Shown piece after piece: positions 49,704-60,225 of a stretch of 64,000 nt of DNA. Origin of the DNA: Gammaproteobacteria bacterium (GTDB taxonomy: Bacteria > Pseudomonadota > Gammaproteobacteria > Eutrophobiales > Eutrophobiaceae); contig CANKCB010000012.1 of the NCBI GenBank assembly GCA_947480335.1, positions 527 to 64,526 of the forward strand, given 5' to 3'. The position numbers and the translations under genes were made by a program. Under the pieces are notes generated by a model. It worked only from the letters and a program-made list of their open reading frames with translations. It had not been told where the DNA came from and searched no databases. Each line of letters starts with the position of its first letter. Position 1 is the first letter of the stretch.

Positions 49704-50699
49704 TTATTCGATGCGTCCGTGTATAGGGACAAACAATTCTTCTATTGGCATTTCCTTCGCAATGAAATTCTGCTGGCGCATGTATTTCACAAAGGCCTCC
49801 AGGGTAGGACGGTTTTCTTCAACGCCATAGGCCCACAGATCCTTGCCAAATATTTCATCCAGCTCATATAAATCATCATATAACCAGGGCAACATAGTGC
49901 GCTGAGCAGCGGAGAAATACATCTTGTCGAGCGCCCATTTTCTGGACTCAAGAAATGCCTTGAACAGACTGGTGGCTATCCAGCGGTTCTGCTCATAAAT
50001 TTCACGGCGAATCGCCACGGTGTGCATAATCGGATGAATCTTGTACTCGCGATAATATCGTTTTTCTTCCTCACGCGGATTGGCAAACAGTCGGGTGACC
50101 TTATCCTGATCAGTACGCAGAGAATCTGGCAGACGCGAGCCGAGCAACGCATCGATTTCACCGTCGCGGAGCATGTCAGACAATGATTTGTTCGAGGTGT
50201 TCTGCACGATGGTCACTGGTTTGAGCAACTTTGGCGGCTTGGGCGGTTTGCCATGTGTACCGGCCTTTTCCACCGCGCCCTGTACCCAGGTTACACCGGA
50301 CAGATCGACGCCATAAATATTTTCCAGATCGCCTCGTATCCAGATGGCCGCTGTCATCGTATATAACGGCACACCAATACGTTTGCCAGCCAGATCTTTT
50401 GGAGACTTGATTCCGGACTTGCGATTGATACAGATAAATCCATGACGGAAGGCTTTCGACGGAAATACTGGCAGGGCAACAAAAGGACTATTACCTTTCG
50501 ATGTCATTTCCACATGTTCTGACAGTGACAATTCCGACATATCAAATGCCTTGTCACCGACCATCCGATCAAATATTTCACGCGGGGCCTGTATTTCAAG
50601 ATAATTAAGGTCTATGCCTTCCACTTCTATCCTGTTGTAGGCAAGGGCTTCCATTCTGTCGTAAGGACCGCACGCAAAACTCAATTTCAATTTGGACAT
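49704..50699 (-). CDS. 4,5-dihydroxyphthalate decarboxylase-like protein (periplasmic-binding-protein fold, no signal peptide)
   Basis: ACGPYDR, FDMSELS, ALPVFPS..FRH, GVP.Y.MTAA.W.RG, PIMH, YGVEENR. Confidence 0.82.
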   Translation of the reverse strand: MSKLKLSFACGPYDRMEALAYNRIEVEGIDLNYLEIQAPREIFDRMVGDKAFDMSELSLSEHVEMTSKGNSPFVALPVFPSKAFRHGFICINRKSGIKSPKDLAGKRIGVPLYTMTAAIWIRGDLENIYGVDLSGVTWVQGAVEKAGTHGKPPKPPKLLKPVTIVQNTSNKSLSDMLRDGEIDALLGSRLPDSLRTDQDKVTRLFANPREEEKRYYREYKIHPIMHTVAIRREIYEQNRWIATSLFKAFLESRKWALDKMYFSAAQRTMLPWLYDDLYELDEIFGKDLWAYGVEENRPTLEAFVKYMRQQNFIAKEMPIEELFVPIHGRIE

Positions 50700-50835
50700 G
50701 TAGATTTTCCTTTTGGGTTACTGGTGGTTCTGATGATGCCAAAGTATAGCAGCAGTTATTTAACTTGAGTACAAAGCGCTTGCGGGCCGATCAGCTTGTT
50801 GTGACCAGCCCGCGTTTGTTGCGAATCAGTGCTGT

Positions 50836-51594
50836 TTATTTTTTGTCTGGCGCCGGTTCTGGCTTGGTTACCATATGACCGCAACCGCATTTATTTGCCC
50901 AATATTCCCAGGCTCGCCAGGTTTCTGTTGAGTATGGGCTGTACCCACGATTACGTGCATCTATCTCGCCCTGAGACAGTGACTTGATTTTGCCACCCAA
51001 CCTGACAGCCGCTGACAAGGCGCGGGCATTTCGAGGCAAATAGACTGACATACGTACGACTTCAATCAACGAGCGAGCCGCCGAGGCAAAGCCATGGCCA
51101 CGCATCAGGGCAACATTGTTCTTCGCCAATGTTTTGGCGAGATCCCTTCCCTGTTCGACATTGGCTACCAGTAAATTGGTATCACCAAACCGATCAGCAA
51201 TGTCCCACACTGGAACATGCGCGCCGATAAAACTGCCTGAATGGATAACCGGACGTAACGGAGTACCATCGGCAATACCATACGGCAGGATCTCTTCGGC
51301 ATGGGCATGCACTACAGCAAGTACATCTGGCCGTGCTTCAAAAATACTGCCGTGAATAAACCGCTCAAGATACAGTGGCCGGGTATCGCCATTGACCGGA
51401 TTGCCTTCCAGATCCAGCTCGACGATGTCATCGGCTGTGACCAGTTCCGGCGCCAGTGAGCGCGCAATAAAAAAAGTATGCGGATTGGCAGGATTACGGA
51501 CACTGACGTGACCATAGGCATCAACCACTTCTTCCCTGGCTAAAATTCGATTGGCGATTACAAGATCGTTAATTATGCGTTGCTTTTCATTCAT
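50836..51594 (-). CDS. Class II aldolase/adducin-family protein (possible decarboxylase)
   Basis: YGHVSVR, ERFIH..I..ARPDV.AVVHAH, LMRGHG. Confidence 0.9.
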   Translation of the reverse strand: MNEKQRIINDLVIANRILAREEVVDAYGHVSVRNPANPHTFFIARSLAPELVTADDIVELDLEGNPVNGDTRPLYLERFIHGSIFEARPDVLAVVHAHAEEILPYGIADGTPLRPVIHSGSFIGAHVPVWDIADRFGDTNLLVANVEQGRDLAKTLAKNNVALMRGHGFASAARSLIEVVRMSVYLPRNARALSAAVRLGGKIKSLSQGEIDARNRGYSPYSTETWRAWEYWANKCGCGHMVTKPEPAPDKK

Positions 51595-51857
51595 GGCTGA
51601 ATCTTCCCGCGTTCGTTAATGTAAGTGAAATGCCGGGAAACACAGACACCCTACGATCCTGAATCCCCCTGGATTTACCCTATCGTGAGAATAGGGCCAA
51701 GTCAAGATAACGGCAACAGTGTCGCCGCTGTTAGTTGAAATCAGACATACAGAAACCTGCCCGGGCTATACATCGTACTGACCGAATCGAAACTCGGATT
51801 TTTCTGGTACAGTGTTTATTATTAACTCAAATTGGCACTGAACCAGCCGGGGGAATT

Positions 51858-53210
51858 ATGTTGAAAAAAATCACCAACCTGTCAGTCAATCTGGTGCAAA
51901 AATATTTACCGGATCCCTTTCTGTTCTGCATTCTACTGACACTAGTGGTGTATGTCGGCGGTATGCTGATGACAGCACAAGGACCGATTGCGATGATTAA
52001 CCACTGGTATAACGGTTTCTGGAATCTGCTGGCGTTTTCCATGCAAATGGTACTGGTACTTGTCACCGGGCATACGCTTGCGCAGGCTCCAGTCATGCAA
52101 AAAGCACTGAAAGCATTGGCCAAACCTGCTAATACTCCGGCGAAAGCGATACTGTTTGTAAACTTTTTTGCATCAGTGGCCTGTTTGCTTAACTGGGGGT
52201 TTGGGTTGGTAGTCGGCGCTCTGTATGCTCGTCAGCTGGCCAAAGATGTAAAGGGAGTCGACTATCGACTATTAATTGCTTCAGCCTATGCCGGATTTCT
52301 GGTCTGGCACGGCGGACTTTCCGGCTCCATACCTTTGACATTGGCAACGGCCAGCCCGGAACTGGCCAAGATTACAATGGGAGTGGTCGTCGATCCGGTT
52401 TCAACTTCCACTACCATATTTTCGACATTTAATATGGTCATCGTAATGGTCCTGTTATTCACTGTTCCATTCATCTGTCTGTTCATGCACCCGGATCCAC
52501 AATCTACAATCAGCGCGGATCCGTCCACATTCAAGGATACTGCTCGTCAGATAGACACGGCTCAAGCCAATAAGTCCCCGGCTGACTGGATGGAACACAG
52601 TTCACTTTTCTCGCTACTGGTTGGATTGTTGGGTCTGATATTTGTTGTCAGCTACTTTTATCAGTCCGGATTTGAGCTGAATCTGAATATCGTCAATTTT
52701 ATTTTCCTGTTTGCTGCCATCATTTTGCATGGAACGCCACGGCATTTTCTGGATGCCATTAATGAAGCGACCAAAGGCGCTTCAGGCATTATTCTGCAAT
52801 TTCCGTTTTATGCGGGAATCATGGGCATGATGACCGGTGCCAATGCCGAGGGTGTATCCGGCGCCATTTTGATGTCTAACTGGTTTGTTGATACAGCCAC
52901 AACAACGACCTTCCCGCTGTTTACATTTCTCAGTGCGGGTCTGGTCAATTTCTTTGTACCCTCCGGCGGCGGCCATTGGGCAGTGCAGGCGCCAATCATG
53001 ATGCCAGCCGGTGCAGCACTGGGCGTCCCTGTAGCCAAGACTGCTATGGCGATTGCCTGGGGAGATGCCTGGGCCGACATGATACAACCCTTCTGGGCAT
53101 TGCCAGCACTGGCTATTGCCGGATTGGGTGCCCGCGACATCATGGGCTACTGTATAATTATCCTGCTGTACTCTGGACTGATTATTGGCGCAGGCCTGAC
53201 ATTTTTATAG
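51858..53210 (+). CDS. atoE: Short-chain fatty acid transporter
   Basis: YLPDPF, LLAFSMQM, WHGGLSGS.PL, LQFPFYAGI, PSGGG.W, IQPFWALP. Start set at ATG 51858. Confidence 0.93.
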   Translation: MLKKITNLSVNLVQKYLPDPFLFCILLTLVVYVGGMLMTAQGPIAMINHWYNGFWNLLAFSMQMVLVLVTGHTLAQAPVMQKALKALAKPANTPAKAILFVNFFASVACLLNWGFGLVVGALYARQLAKDVKGVDYRLLIASAYAGFLVWHGGLSGSIPLTLATASPELAKITMGVVVDPVSTSTTIFSTFNMVIVMVLLFTVPFICLFMHPDPQSTISADPSTFKDTARQIDTAQANKSPADWMEHSSLFSLLVGLLGLIFVVSYFYQSGFELNLNIVNFIFLFAAIILHGTPRHFLDAINEATKGASGIILQFPFYAGIMGMMTGANAEGVSGAILMSNWFVDTATTTTFPLFTFLSAGLVNFFVPSGGGHWAVQAPIMMPAGAALGVPVAKTAMAIAWGDAWADMIQPFWALPALAIAGLGARDIMGYCIIILLYSGLIIGAGLTFL

Positions 53211-53228
53211 ACGAATAGACCACTGGAT

Positions 53229-54587
53229 ATGAAACCGGTTTATACCAACGCAACCAGCGCACTTGAAGGACTACTCAAGGATAACCTGACGCTTGCCGTA
53301 GGTGGATTTGGACTGTGTGGGATACCGGAGAACCTGATCAAGGCGCTGCGTGATAGCGGGGTCAAAGGACTGACTGTCGCCAGTAATAATGCTGGCACTG
53401 ATGAGTTCGGACTCGGCCTGTTATTGCAGACACGTCAGATCAAAAAAATGATTTCATCCTATGTGGGAGAAAATGAACTCTTCGAGCGTCAGTATCTTAG
53501 CGGCGAACTGGAACTCGAGCTCACCCCGCAAGGTACACTGGCAGAAAAACTCCGGGCTGGTGGAGCCGGCATTCCGGCATTTTATACACGCACCGGGTTT
53601 GGCACGCTGCTCGGCAAAAACAAACCGGTACAAAATTTCAATGGCAAGGACTACATACTCGAAGAAAGTATTACCACCGATCTGGCACTGATACGGGCAT
53701 GGAAAGCCGACAAGGCCGGGAATCTGATATTTCGATATACCGCCAATAATTTCAATATGGCCTGCGCCAAGGCAGGACGCACCACTATTGTTGAAGTGGA
53801 AGAACTGGTAGAGATAGGTGAACTGGATCCAATGCATATCCATCTGGCCGGAAATTATGTGGACCGAATCGTCATCGCTGACGCGCTCGAAAAACCAATC
53901 GAACAACTCACCGTAGCAGGCCAGTTGAACATGAAGGGGTTTACCCCCATTCGCGAATGGCAGGCCAGACGCATCAGCCAGGAATTTCGGGACGGTATGT
54001 ATGCAAACCTCGGAATTGGTATGCCCACACTGGTGGCCAACTATATCCCTGAGAACATCACCATTACCCTGCATGCGGAAAATGGACTGCTCGGAGTAGG
54101 TCCGTTTCCACAAGCAGGTCAGGAAGATCCGGATCTGATTAACGCCGGCAAACAAACCATTACCTGGTCACCCGGAGCTGCATTCTTTGACAGTGCTGAA
54201 TCCTTTGCCATGGTACGGGGCGGACACATCGACCTGTCAGTACTTGGCGCAATGCAGGTATCGCAGTTTGGTGATCTGGCCAACTGGATGATTCCCGGTA
54301 GCATGGTCAAGGGTCCAGGCGGCGCGATGGATCTGGTCTCCGGCGTCAAAAAAATTATTGTGATGATGGATCACTGTGCCCGTGATGGTTCTTCCAAACT
54401 GATGTCAGAGTGTACGCTACCGTTGACAGGGAAAAATGTGGTCAATATGGTTGTGACGGATCTGGGAGTATTTGAAGTCGATGCTAGTGCAGGATTGACC
54501 TTGATAGAACTAGCACCTGGCTCCTCGCTGGAACGGGTCAGGGAGAAAACCGCTTGCCCGTTCCGGGTGGCCGAACAGATCAACTAA
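53229..54587 (+). CDS. Single-chain (fused A+B) 3-oxoacid CoA-transferase
   Basis: GGFGLCGIPENLI and PQGTLAE (A part); NLGIGMPT, catalytic ENG, DLANW and GGAMDL (B part) in one ORF. Confidence 0.93.
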   Translation: MKPVYTNATSALEGLLKDNLTLAVGGFGLCGIPENLIKALRDSGVKGLTVASNNAGTDEFGLGLLLQTRQIKKMISSYVGENELFERQYLSGELELELTPQGTLAEKLRAGGAGIPAFYTRTGFGTLLGKNKPVQNFNGKDYILEESITTDLALIRAWKADKAGNLIFRYTANNFNMACAKAGRTTIVEVEELVEIGELDPMHIHLAGNYVDRIVIADALEKPIEQLTVAGQLNMKGFTPIREWQARRISQEFRDGMYANLGIGMPTLVANYIPENITITLHAENGLLGVGPFPQAGQEDPDLINAGKQTITWSPGAAFFDSAESFAMVRGGHIDLSVLGAMQVSQFGDLANWMIPGSMVKGPGGAMDLVSGVKKIIVMMDHCARDGSSKLMSECTLPLTGKNVVNMVVTDLGVFEVDASAGLTLIELAPGSSLERVREKTACPFRVAEQIN

Positions 54588-54638
54588 ACCACTGTGATTT
54601 TTAACAGTTTCAATAACGCAGTTTTCACCATTTAAAAA

Positions 54639-54667
54639 TTGACTTCGGGCACTGCCAAAGACACAAT
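54639..54667 (+). promoter_or_regulatory. Sigma70-like promoter
   Basis: TTGACT-17 nt-CACAAT, 60 nt upstream of the hydrolase gene. Confidence 0.5.
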
Positions 54668-54727
54668 TCTCCGTGTATTGCTTGTTCACATACTTTCACT
54701 GTAACTAACTGCATCCGGGAATTCACC

Positions 54728-55525
54728 TTGGCACAACTGACTGTTTCAAATGGTAAAACCATTTCCTATCATGATAGCGGCACGGGAAAAACCATCCTGT
54801 TCCTGCATAGTTTTGGACATAACAAAAACCTGTGGTATCCACAGCTGACCCATTTTCTGGAGCAGGGTTACCGGGTTATTGCCCCGGACATGCCCGGTCA
54901 TGGCGAGTCCTCATTTGACCCGGCCAGACATACCGTCGATGGCATTGCTGACTCATACATTGAGTTTCTGGAAAAACTGGGAGTGACAAAAACAGTGATC
55001 GCCGGCATATCAATTGGTGGCTATATCACTCTGAAGATGATGGCAAAACGTCCGGATCTGTTCACAGCCATGGTGATGATTTGCACCAAGGCTGAAGCCG
55101 ACACGGATGAAATCAAGGCACGTCGACGTGCACAGATAGATAATATCCGTAACAATGGCCTGCAAAGTTTTGTGGAGACTACCGCACCGAAACGTGTTGC
55201 ACCGCGAATTGTTGCCGAACGTCCCTGGGTGGTCGACTGGATCAAGATGATGAACTATACGGTAACTACGGATGCGAATGCGGCCACGCTGGAAGCAATG
55301 GCACTGAAACAGGACGACACACCGACATTGGCAAAGATTACCGTGCCGGCACTGATACTATCCGGCAGTCATGATATTTTTATTCCGGCTGAATCACCGC
55401 ATAACCTGAAAAATGGCATAAAAAAATCGGAACACCACGTCATTCAGGATGCCGGACATGTGGCCAGTCTGGAAAATCCAACGGAAGTAAACCGCTATAT
55501 GGAATCCTTCCTGAAATCAATATAA
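54728..55525 (+). CDS. Alpha/beta hydrolase, PcaD (enol-lactonase)-like
   Basis: FLHS, PDMPGHGES, GISIGG, G.HD, AGH...LENP. Confidence 0.85.
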   Translation: MAQLTVSNGKTISYHDSGTGKTILFLHSFGHNKNLWYPQLTHFLEQGYRVIAPDMPGHGESSFDPARHTVDGIADSYIEFLEKLGVTKTVIAGISIGGYITLKMMAKRPDLFTAMVMICTKAEADTDEIKARRRAQIDNIRNNGLQSFVETTAPKRVAPRIVAERPWVVDWIKMMNYTVTTDANAATLEAMALKQDDTPTLAKITVPALILSGSHDIFIPAESPHNLKNGIKKSEHHVIQDAGHVASLENPTEVNRYMESFLKSI

Positions 55526-55567
55526 CTACTGTCTATTAAACATTAACCAAAGCAAAAGGGGTCGAAC

Positions 55568-56497
55568 TTGAAATTACTGACATTTACCACGGATCCGAAT
55601 TCCAGACAGAAACTGGGTGCACATCTTGAAGGCACGACTATCATTGACATGACCAGAGCGTACGAACTGGTTACCGGATCGACTGCGCCGGACTGGTTCA
55701 ACTCAGTCAGCAATCTGTTGCAGGGCGGTGAACCAGCGATGGCTTTGGCCAGGGATATTTATAAAAAAGCCCAGGGCAGCAAGGATGGTTCACTCCGCTA
55801 CGACATGGGAAAAATCAAGTTCCATCCGCCAGCCGGAGACCGTGCCAAAATCATGTGCGTAACCATGAACTATGCCGGCCATGCACAAGCGAGCGGAAGC
55901 AAGCCATCAGAAGATCCCTATTATTTTCTGAAGTTTGCTACCGTTATGACAGCACACGGGCAACCCATCTGTCATTCCAAAACATCAAACAAACATGATA
56001 GTGAAATTGAGCTGGGAATTATCATTGGCAAACGTGGCAAATATATTTCCCGCGAAGACGCGATGGATTATGTCGCTGGCTATACTGTCGTTAACGACTT
56101 CACCTTCCGTGATCGCCGTTCTCTCTCCGCGGATCCGAACAATGCACGTTTACACTGGTTCACACTGAAAAACCTGGATAATGCATTTCCGATAGGTCCG
56201 TGGCTGGTAACCAAAGACGAGATCCCAGACCCGTACAAACTGGAAATTAAATTAACACTGGACAATGATCCAGATCATAAACAGATTGGTACTACCGACG
56301 GTATGATGCATAAAATTTCGGATTTGATCTATCACGCTTCGAATGGATTGACTCTGGAACCGGGCGATGTAATCGCCTCGGGAACACCGCACGAAGTTGC
56401 TTTTGGCAAGGAAAGATGGCTCAAAGATGGCGATATACTGAGGGCAGAGATTACCGGCATCGGTGCGCTGGTCAATCCGATCAAGGCGGAATCCTGA
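55568..56497 (+). CDS. Fumarylacetoacetate hydrolase-family protein
   Basis: NY..H, DSEIELG, GYTVVND, PIGPWLVT, LEPGDVIASGTP. Confidence 0.92.
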   Translation: MKLLTFTTDPNSRQKLGAHLEGTTIIDMTRAYELVTGSTAPDWFNSVSNLLQGGEPAMALARDIYKKAQGSKDGSLRYDMGKIKFHPPAGDRAKIMCVTMNYAGHAQASGSKPSEDPYYFLKFATVMTAHGQPICHSKTSNKHDSEIELGIIIGKRGKYISREDAMDYVAGYTVVNDFTFRDRRSLSADPNNARLHWFTLKNLDNAFPIGPWLVTKDEIPDPYKLEIKLTLDNDPDHKQIGTTDGMMHKISDLIYHASNGLTLEPGDVIASGTPHEVAFGKERWLKDGDILRAEITGIGALVNPIKAES

Positions 56498-56532
56498 AAT
56501 CTGGCTGATTTTTTAATTGATGACACAAAAAG

Positions 56533-57648
56533 GTGAACGATATGAATAAACAGGCAAAAACACCCAGAGAATTATTTATTGAGGACTTGCTGGAAAATAA
56601 TTTCACAACCTTTTTTGTTGCCACCCATCCAAAATATTCCAAAAGTAATCCAGCGTTTCGTTTTACCGAAACGCCGGTAAGTGCAGCGGTACCCTATTCA
56701 TGGCAATACGCAGAAGCCAGAAAGAGACTGATGGAACTGAGTACCTTGCTAACCCAGGAAGAAGCAGAACGCAGAAATATTAATTTCGTTAACCCGGCCA
56801 TCAAGGATTTCATGCCGGGCGCTGCCCTCCCCTCGTTGCGCGGTGGTATACAACTGCTGTTGCCTGGCGAGAAAGCGTTTTCTCATAGGCATTCAGCCAA
56901 TGCTTTCCGTCTGGTACTGGAAGCTCCGAAAACCGGAGCCTACACCACAGTTGAAGGTAATAAATTACCCATGAGCAAAGGTGATTTGATCCTGACACCA
57001 AACTGGACCTGGCATGATCATCATAATGAAGGTGATTCACATGTAATCTGGTATGACGGTCTGGACGTATTGATGGCGTACTGGTTGGGCGGTGTGTTTT
57101 ACGAAGAAATGAAGGACGGCTCAGGTAGCCATCAGTATCAGCCTATCCTGCACCAGTCAAACTCGGTTACCGATGTTTATGGTTCAGGATTGATACACCG
57201 CAAAAAAATGTTTCCTGATCATATTCCGATTTCAGACAATACACTGATCTACTATCCATACAGCAAGTCCCGCCAGTTACTGAAAGATCTGACCGCACAA
57301 GGTGCAGGGGATCCTTATGAAGGAGTATTGGTTGAGTACATCAATCCATTGACGACAGGTCCCACTTTCCCATCGATGGGGACTTCTATTCGTCAGATTA
57401 ACGGCAAGTCCAGCATAGAAGCAAAGCACCGGACAGAAAATGTCATGCATATTCTGCTGGAAGGCTCTCTGACGTTCCATCTGCCTGACAACAAGACCTT
57501 TACAGTCAGTTCTCACGATGTAACAGCAATACCTTCCTGGGTTCCCTACAGGATAACGAATAATGAGAAAGAACCCGCTGTACTGTTCACCCAGACCGAC
57601 AGGCCAGTATTCCAGGCACTCGGATTCTACCGGGAACAAATCGCCTGA
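56533..57648 (+). CDS. Gentisate 1,2-dioxygenase-like bicupin
   Basis: AERR....NP, QLLLPGE.A.SHRHS, TPNWTWHDH, DGLD, YINP.TTGP, IPSW, DRPV..ALG. Confidence 0.88.
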   Translation: MNDMNKQAKTPRELFIEDLLENNFTTFFVATHPKYSKSNPAFRFTETPVSAAVPYSWQYAEARKRLMELSTLLTQEEAERRNINFVNPAIKDFMPGAALPSLRGGIQLLLPGEKAFSHRHSANAFRLVLEAPKTGAYTTVEGNKLPMSKGDLILTPNWTWHDHHNEGDSHVIWYDGLDVLMAYWLGGVFYEEMKDGSGSHQYQPILHQSNSVTDVYGSGLIHRKKMFPDHIPISDNTLIYYPYSKSRQLLKDLTAQGAGDPYEGVLVEYINPLTTGPTFPSMGTSIRQINGKSSIEAKHRTENVMHILLEGSLTFHLPDNKTFTVSSHDVTAIPSWVPYRITNNEKEPAVLFTQTDRPVFQALGFYREQIA

Positions 57649-57724
57649 GTTTCAACATGTGTGCATCAGCAGCAGCAATAATCCCGACTGATGATGCACA
57701 CGTTAACCAGTCACTTCTGATTTC

Positions 57725-59458
57725 TTGATAACAAAACTGCCTGTAGTCATTTATTGCGCACTTGCAGTGCTGTATACGAGCCATGCTGCCTATGCACAGT
57801 CTGCAGATTCAGCATATAACGAACGCAATGCAACAGCATGGTCTACTGACATTGATGGCTTGCCAGTTGCACAGGCGACACAAACTGTCGAGCTGAAAGA
57901 CGGTAATGAATTTACCATCACTGCCGGCTATGTACAAAAACTGGTGGGTAATCGTAGCTTGCGTATGCTCGCTTATAATGGTTCGATTCCTGGACCATTT
58001 ATCAAGGCCGATCAGGGAGCTACCATTACTATCCATTTCAACAATTCTACCGACCTCGACCTTACCTTGCATTCACACGGAGTGCGCGTTGATAACCTTT
58101 CAGACGGTGTTCCCGGCGTAACTCAGGACAGCGTAAAACCTGGAGCAAGTTACACCTACAAGATTAAATTTCTGGATGCCGGCGTCTACTGGTATCACCC
58201 GCATACACGCGAAGACTACGCACAGGAACTCGGCTTATACGGTAATTACCTGATCACACCGTCTGTCGCCAGCTACTGGAACCCGATAGACAGGGAAATA
58301 CCACTGATCATTGACGACATTCTGATAGAGAATGAACAGATTGCCAGTTTCTGGCATGAATATACCAATTACGCCTTGCTCGGAAGATTTGGTAACGAGT
58401 ATCTGGTTAACGGAGAGACTGGCTACAAATTGAATGTACGTCAGGGAGAGCGCATCCGGTTTTTTGTCACCAATGTTTCCAATGCGCGTACCTATAATCT
58501 TGCCATCAGCAACACACCCGTCAAACTTGTGGCAGCAGACATTGGCCGGTTTGAACATGAACAGCATGCAGACAATTTTTTAATCTCGCCGGCAGAACGG
58601 GTTGTAATGGAGACTTGTTTCGACCAGCCGGGCCACTATATGTTGCAACATACTATGCCCGGTCAACAAATCCAGCTCGTGGATTTTTCAGTATCGGCAG
58701 ATAATGGCAACCCGTGCGGAGTCGATTTTAAAAAACCGCATGATAATGCAGAGGTGATTAAAGAGTTCGCTGGGTTCCGCAATCTACTGGCGACTGCACC
58801 GGACAAACGTTTGTTACTTTCGATTTCGCTTGCTGGTCAGCAAATTGATCATAGCCAACACATTCATGCCAGCGGTCAAGCGTCCACGCCAGTTGCCGCA
58901 TCCATGCCAGACCACGCCAGCATGAATCATGACCCAAAGGCTACTCAGGGAACAAACAGTCCAGCCGTTGCGGGAAAAGAGCTGCTTGCAGAGCAACTGA
59001 AAAAAATCCAGTGGGATGATCCACAACACAGTGATCGCCTCCGCAAAACTCCGGAGATATACTGGAAACTGATTGATGAGCAGACGGGCAAGGAAAACCA
59101 GCTGATTGATGACTGGGTATTTAAACAAGGTCAACTGGTAAAAATCAGACTGACCAATAATCCTAAAGCCGATCATGTCATGCAACATCCGGTGCATCTG
59201 CATGGTCAGCAATTTGTTGTACTCTCTACAGACGGGGTACCGAGCACGAACCTGGCCTGGAAGGATACTATGCTGCTTTTACCCGGTCAGTCTGTAGATT
59301 TGCTGGTACAAATGAACAATCCAGGGGTGTGGATGTTGCATTGCCATATATCTGAACATCTACAGGCAGGAATGTCGCTGAATTTCCGTGTTGAGGACAA
59401 GAATGGGTATGCCACCGGAGATGACTACCGTGCAGGAGCGCCGCATACACATCATTGA
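57725..59458 (+). CDS. Multicopper oxidase
   Basis: LHSHG, WYHPH, HPVHLHG, HCHISEHLQAGM; His/Met-rich insert. Confidence 0.93.
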   Translation: MITKLPVVIYCALAVLYTSHAAYAQSADSAYNERNATAWSTDIDGLPVAQATQTVELKDGNEFTITAGYVQKLVGNRSLRMLAYNGSIPGPFIKADQGATITIHFNNSTDLDLTLHSHGVRVDNLSDGVPGVTQDSVKPGASYTYKIKFLDAGVYWYHPHTREDYAQELGLYGNYLITPSVASYWNPIDREIPLIIDDILIENEQIASFWHEYTNYALLGRFGNEYLVNGETGYKLNVRQGERIRFFVTNVSNARTYNLAISNTPVKLVAADIGRFEHEQHADNFLISPAERVVMETCFDQPGHYMLQHTMPGQQIQLVDFSVSADNGNPCGVDFKKPHDNAEVIKEFAGFRNLLATAPDKRLLLSISLAGQQIDHSQHIHASGQASTPVAASMPDHASMNHDPKATQGTNSPAVAGKELLAEQLKKIQWDDPQHSDRLRKTPEIYWKLIDEQTGKENQLIDDWVFKQGQLVKIRLTNNPKADHVMQHPVHLHGQQFVVLSTDGVPSTNLAWKDTMLLLPGQSVDLLVQMNNPGVWMLHCHISEHLQAGMSLNFRVEDKNGYATGDDYRAGAPHTHH

Positions 59459-59568
59459 ACCAGTGCTTGTCAGAATACAGTAGATTCAACCATGCTCATG
59501 ATTCCCTGAGAATTCCAGGCCGGTACAGGCCTTTACCAAGTTCAGATAAAGTCGTAACATGAACGGCT

Positions 59569-60225
59569 ATGTCTAAACTTTCCGTCACACGATTAACCAG
59601 CGCGCGCATACCGACCGAGTACGGCGAACTTCAACTCTGTTATTACGCCAATACAGCGGATCACAAGGACCATCTGGCATTTTACCTCGGTAATATCAAT
59701 CAGGCCGAGGATGTGCTGGTACGAGTCCATTCTGAATGTTTTACCGGTGATGTGATGAAATCCCGACGATGTGATTGCGGTGAACAGCTGGATCGCTCCC
59801 TGCAGCTGATATCAAACGAGGGCCGCGGGGTGGTAATTTATCTGCGTCAGGAAGGACGCGGCATCGGACTGTTGCAAAAAATCAAGTCCTATAACCTGCA
59901 GGATGCCGGTCACGATACTGTCGACGCAAACCTGATGCTGGGGCATCTGGCAGACGAACGTGATTACACGGTGGCAGCCCGTATTCTTGAAGATCTGGGT
60001 GTAAAATCGATCCGCTTGATGACCAATAATCCGGACAAGATCAATGCACTGGAAGATGAAGGCATCAAGGTAAATGGTCGTGTTGAACTGGAATGCGCGA
60101 TCACCCCGGATAATGAACGTTATCTGACAACCAAAGCCGAGCGCATGAATCATATCCTGAAATTGGGCAATTATGTTCCGGTACTATCAGTCTCCGGCAA
60201 ACATGAACCTCAACCAACAGATTGA
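59569..60225 (+). CDS. ribA: GTP cyclohydrolase II
   Basis: RVHSECFTGD..SRRCDCG.QL, QEGRGIGL..K..Y.LQD, LMTNNP.K. Confidence 0.95.
   Translation: MSKLSVTRLTSARIPTEYGELQLCYYANTADHKDHLAFYLGNINQAEDVLVRVHSECFTGDVMKSRRCDCGEQLDRSLQLISNEGRGVVIYLRQEGRGIGLLQKIKSYNLQDAGHDTVDANLMLGHLADERDYTVAARILEDLGVKSIRLMTNNPDKINALEDEGIKVNGRVELECAITPDNERYLTTKAERMNHILKLGNYVPVLSVSGKHEPQPTD

Noticed and set aside
59459-59568. FMN riboswitch before ribA
   Set aside because: None of the conserved RFN motifs are present and the gap is short.
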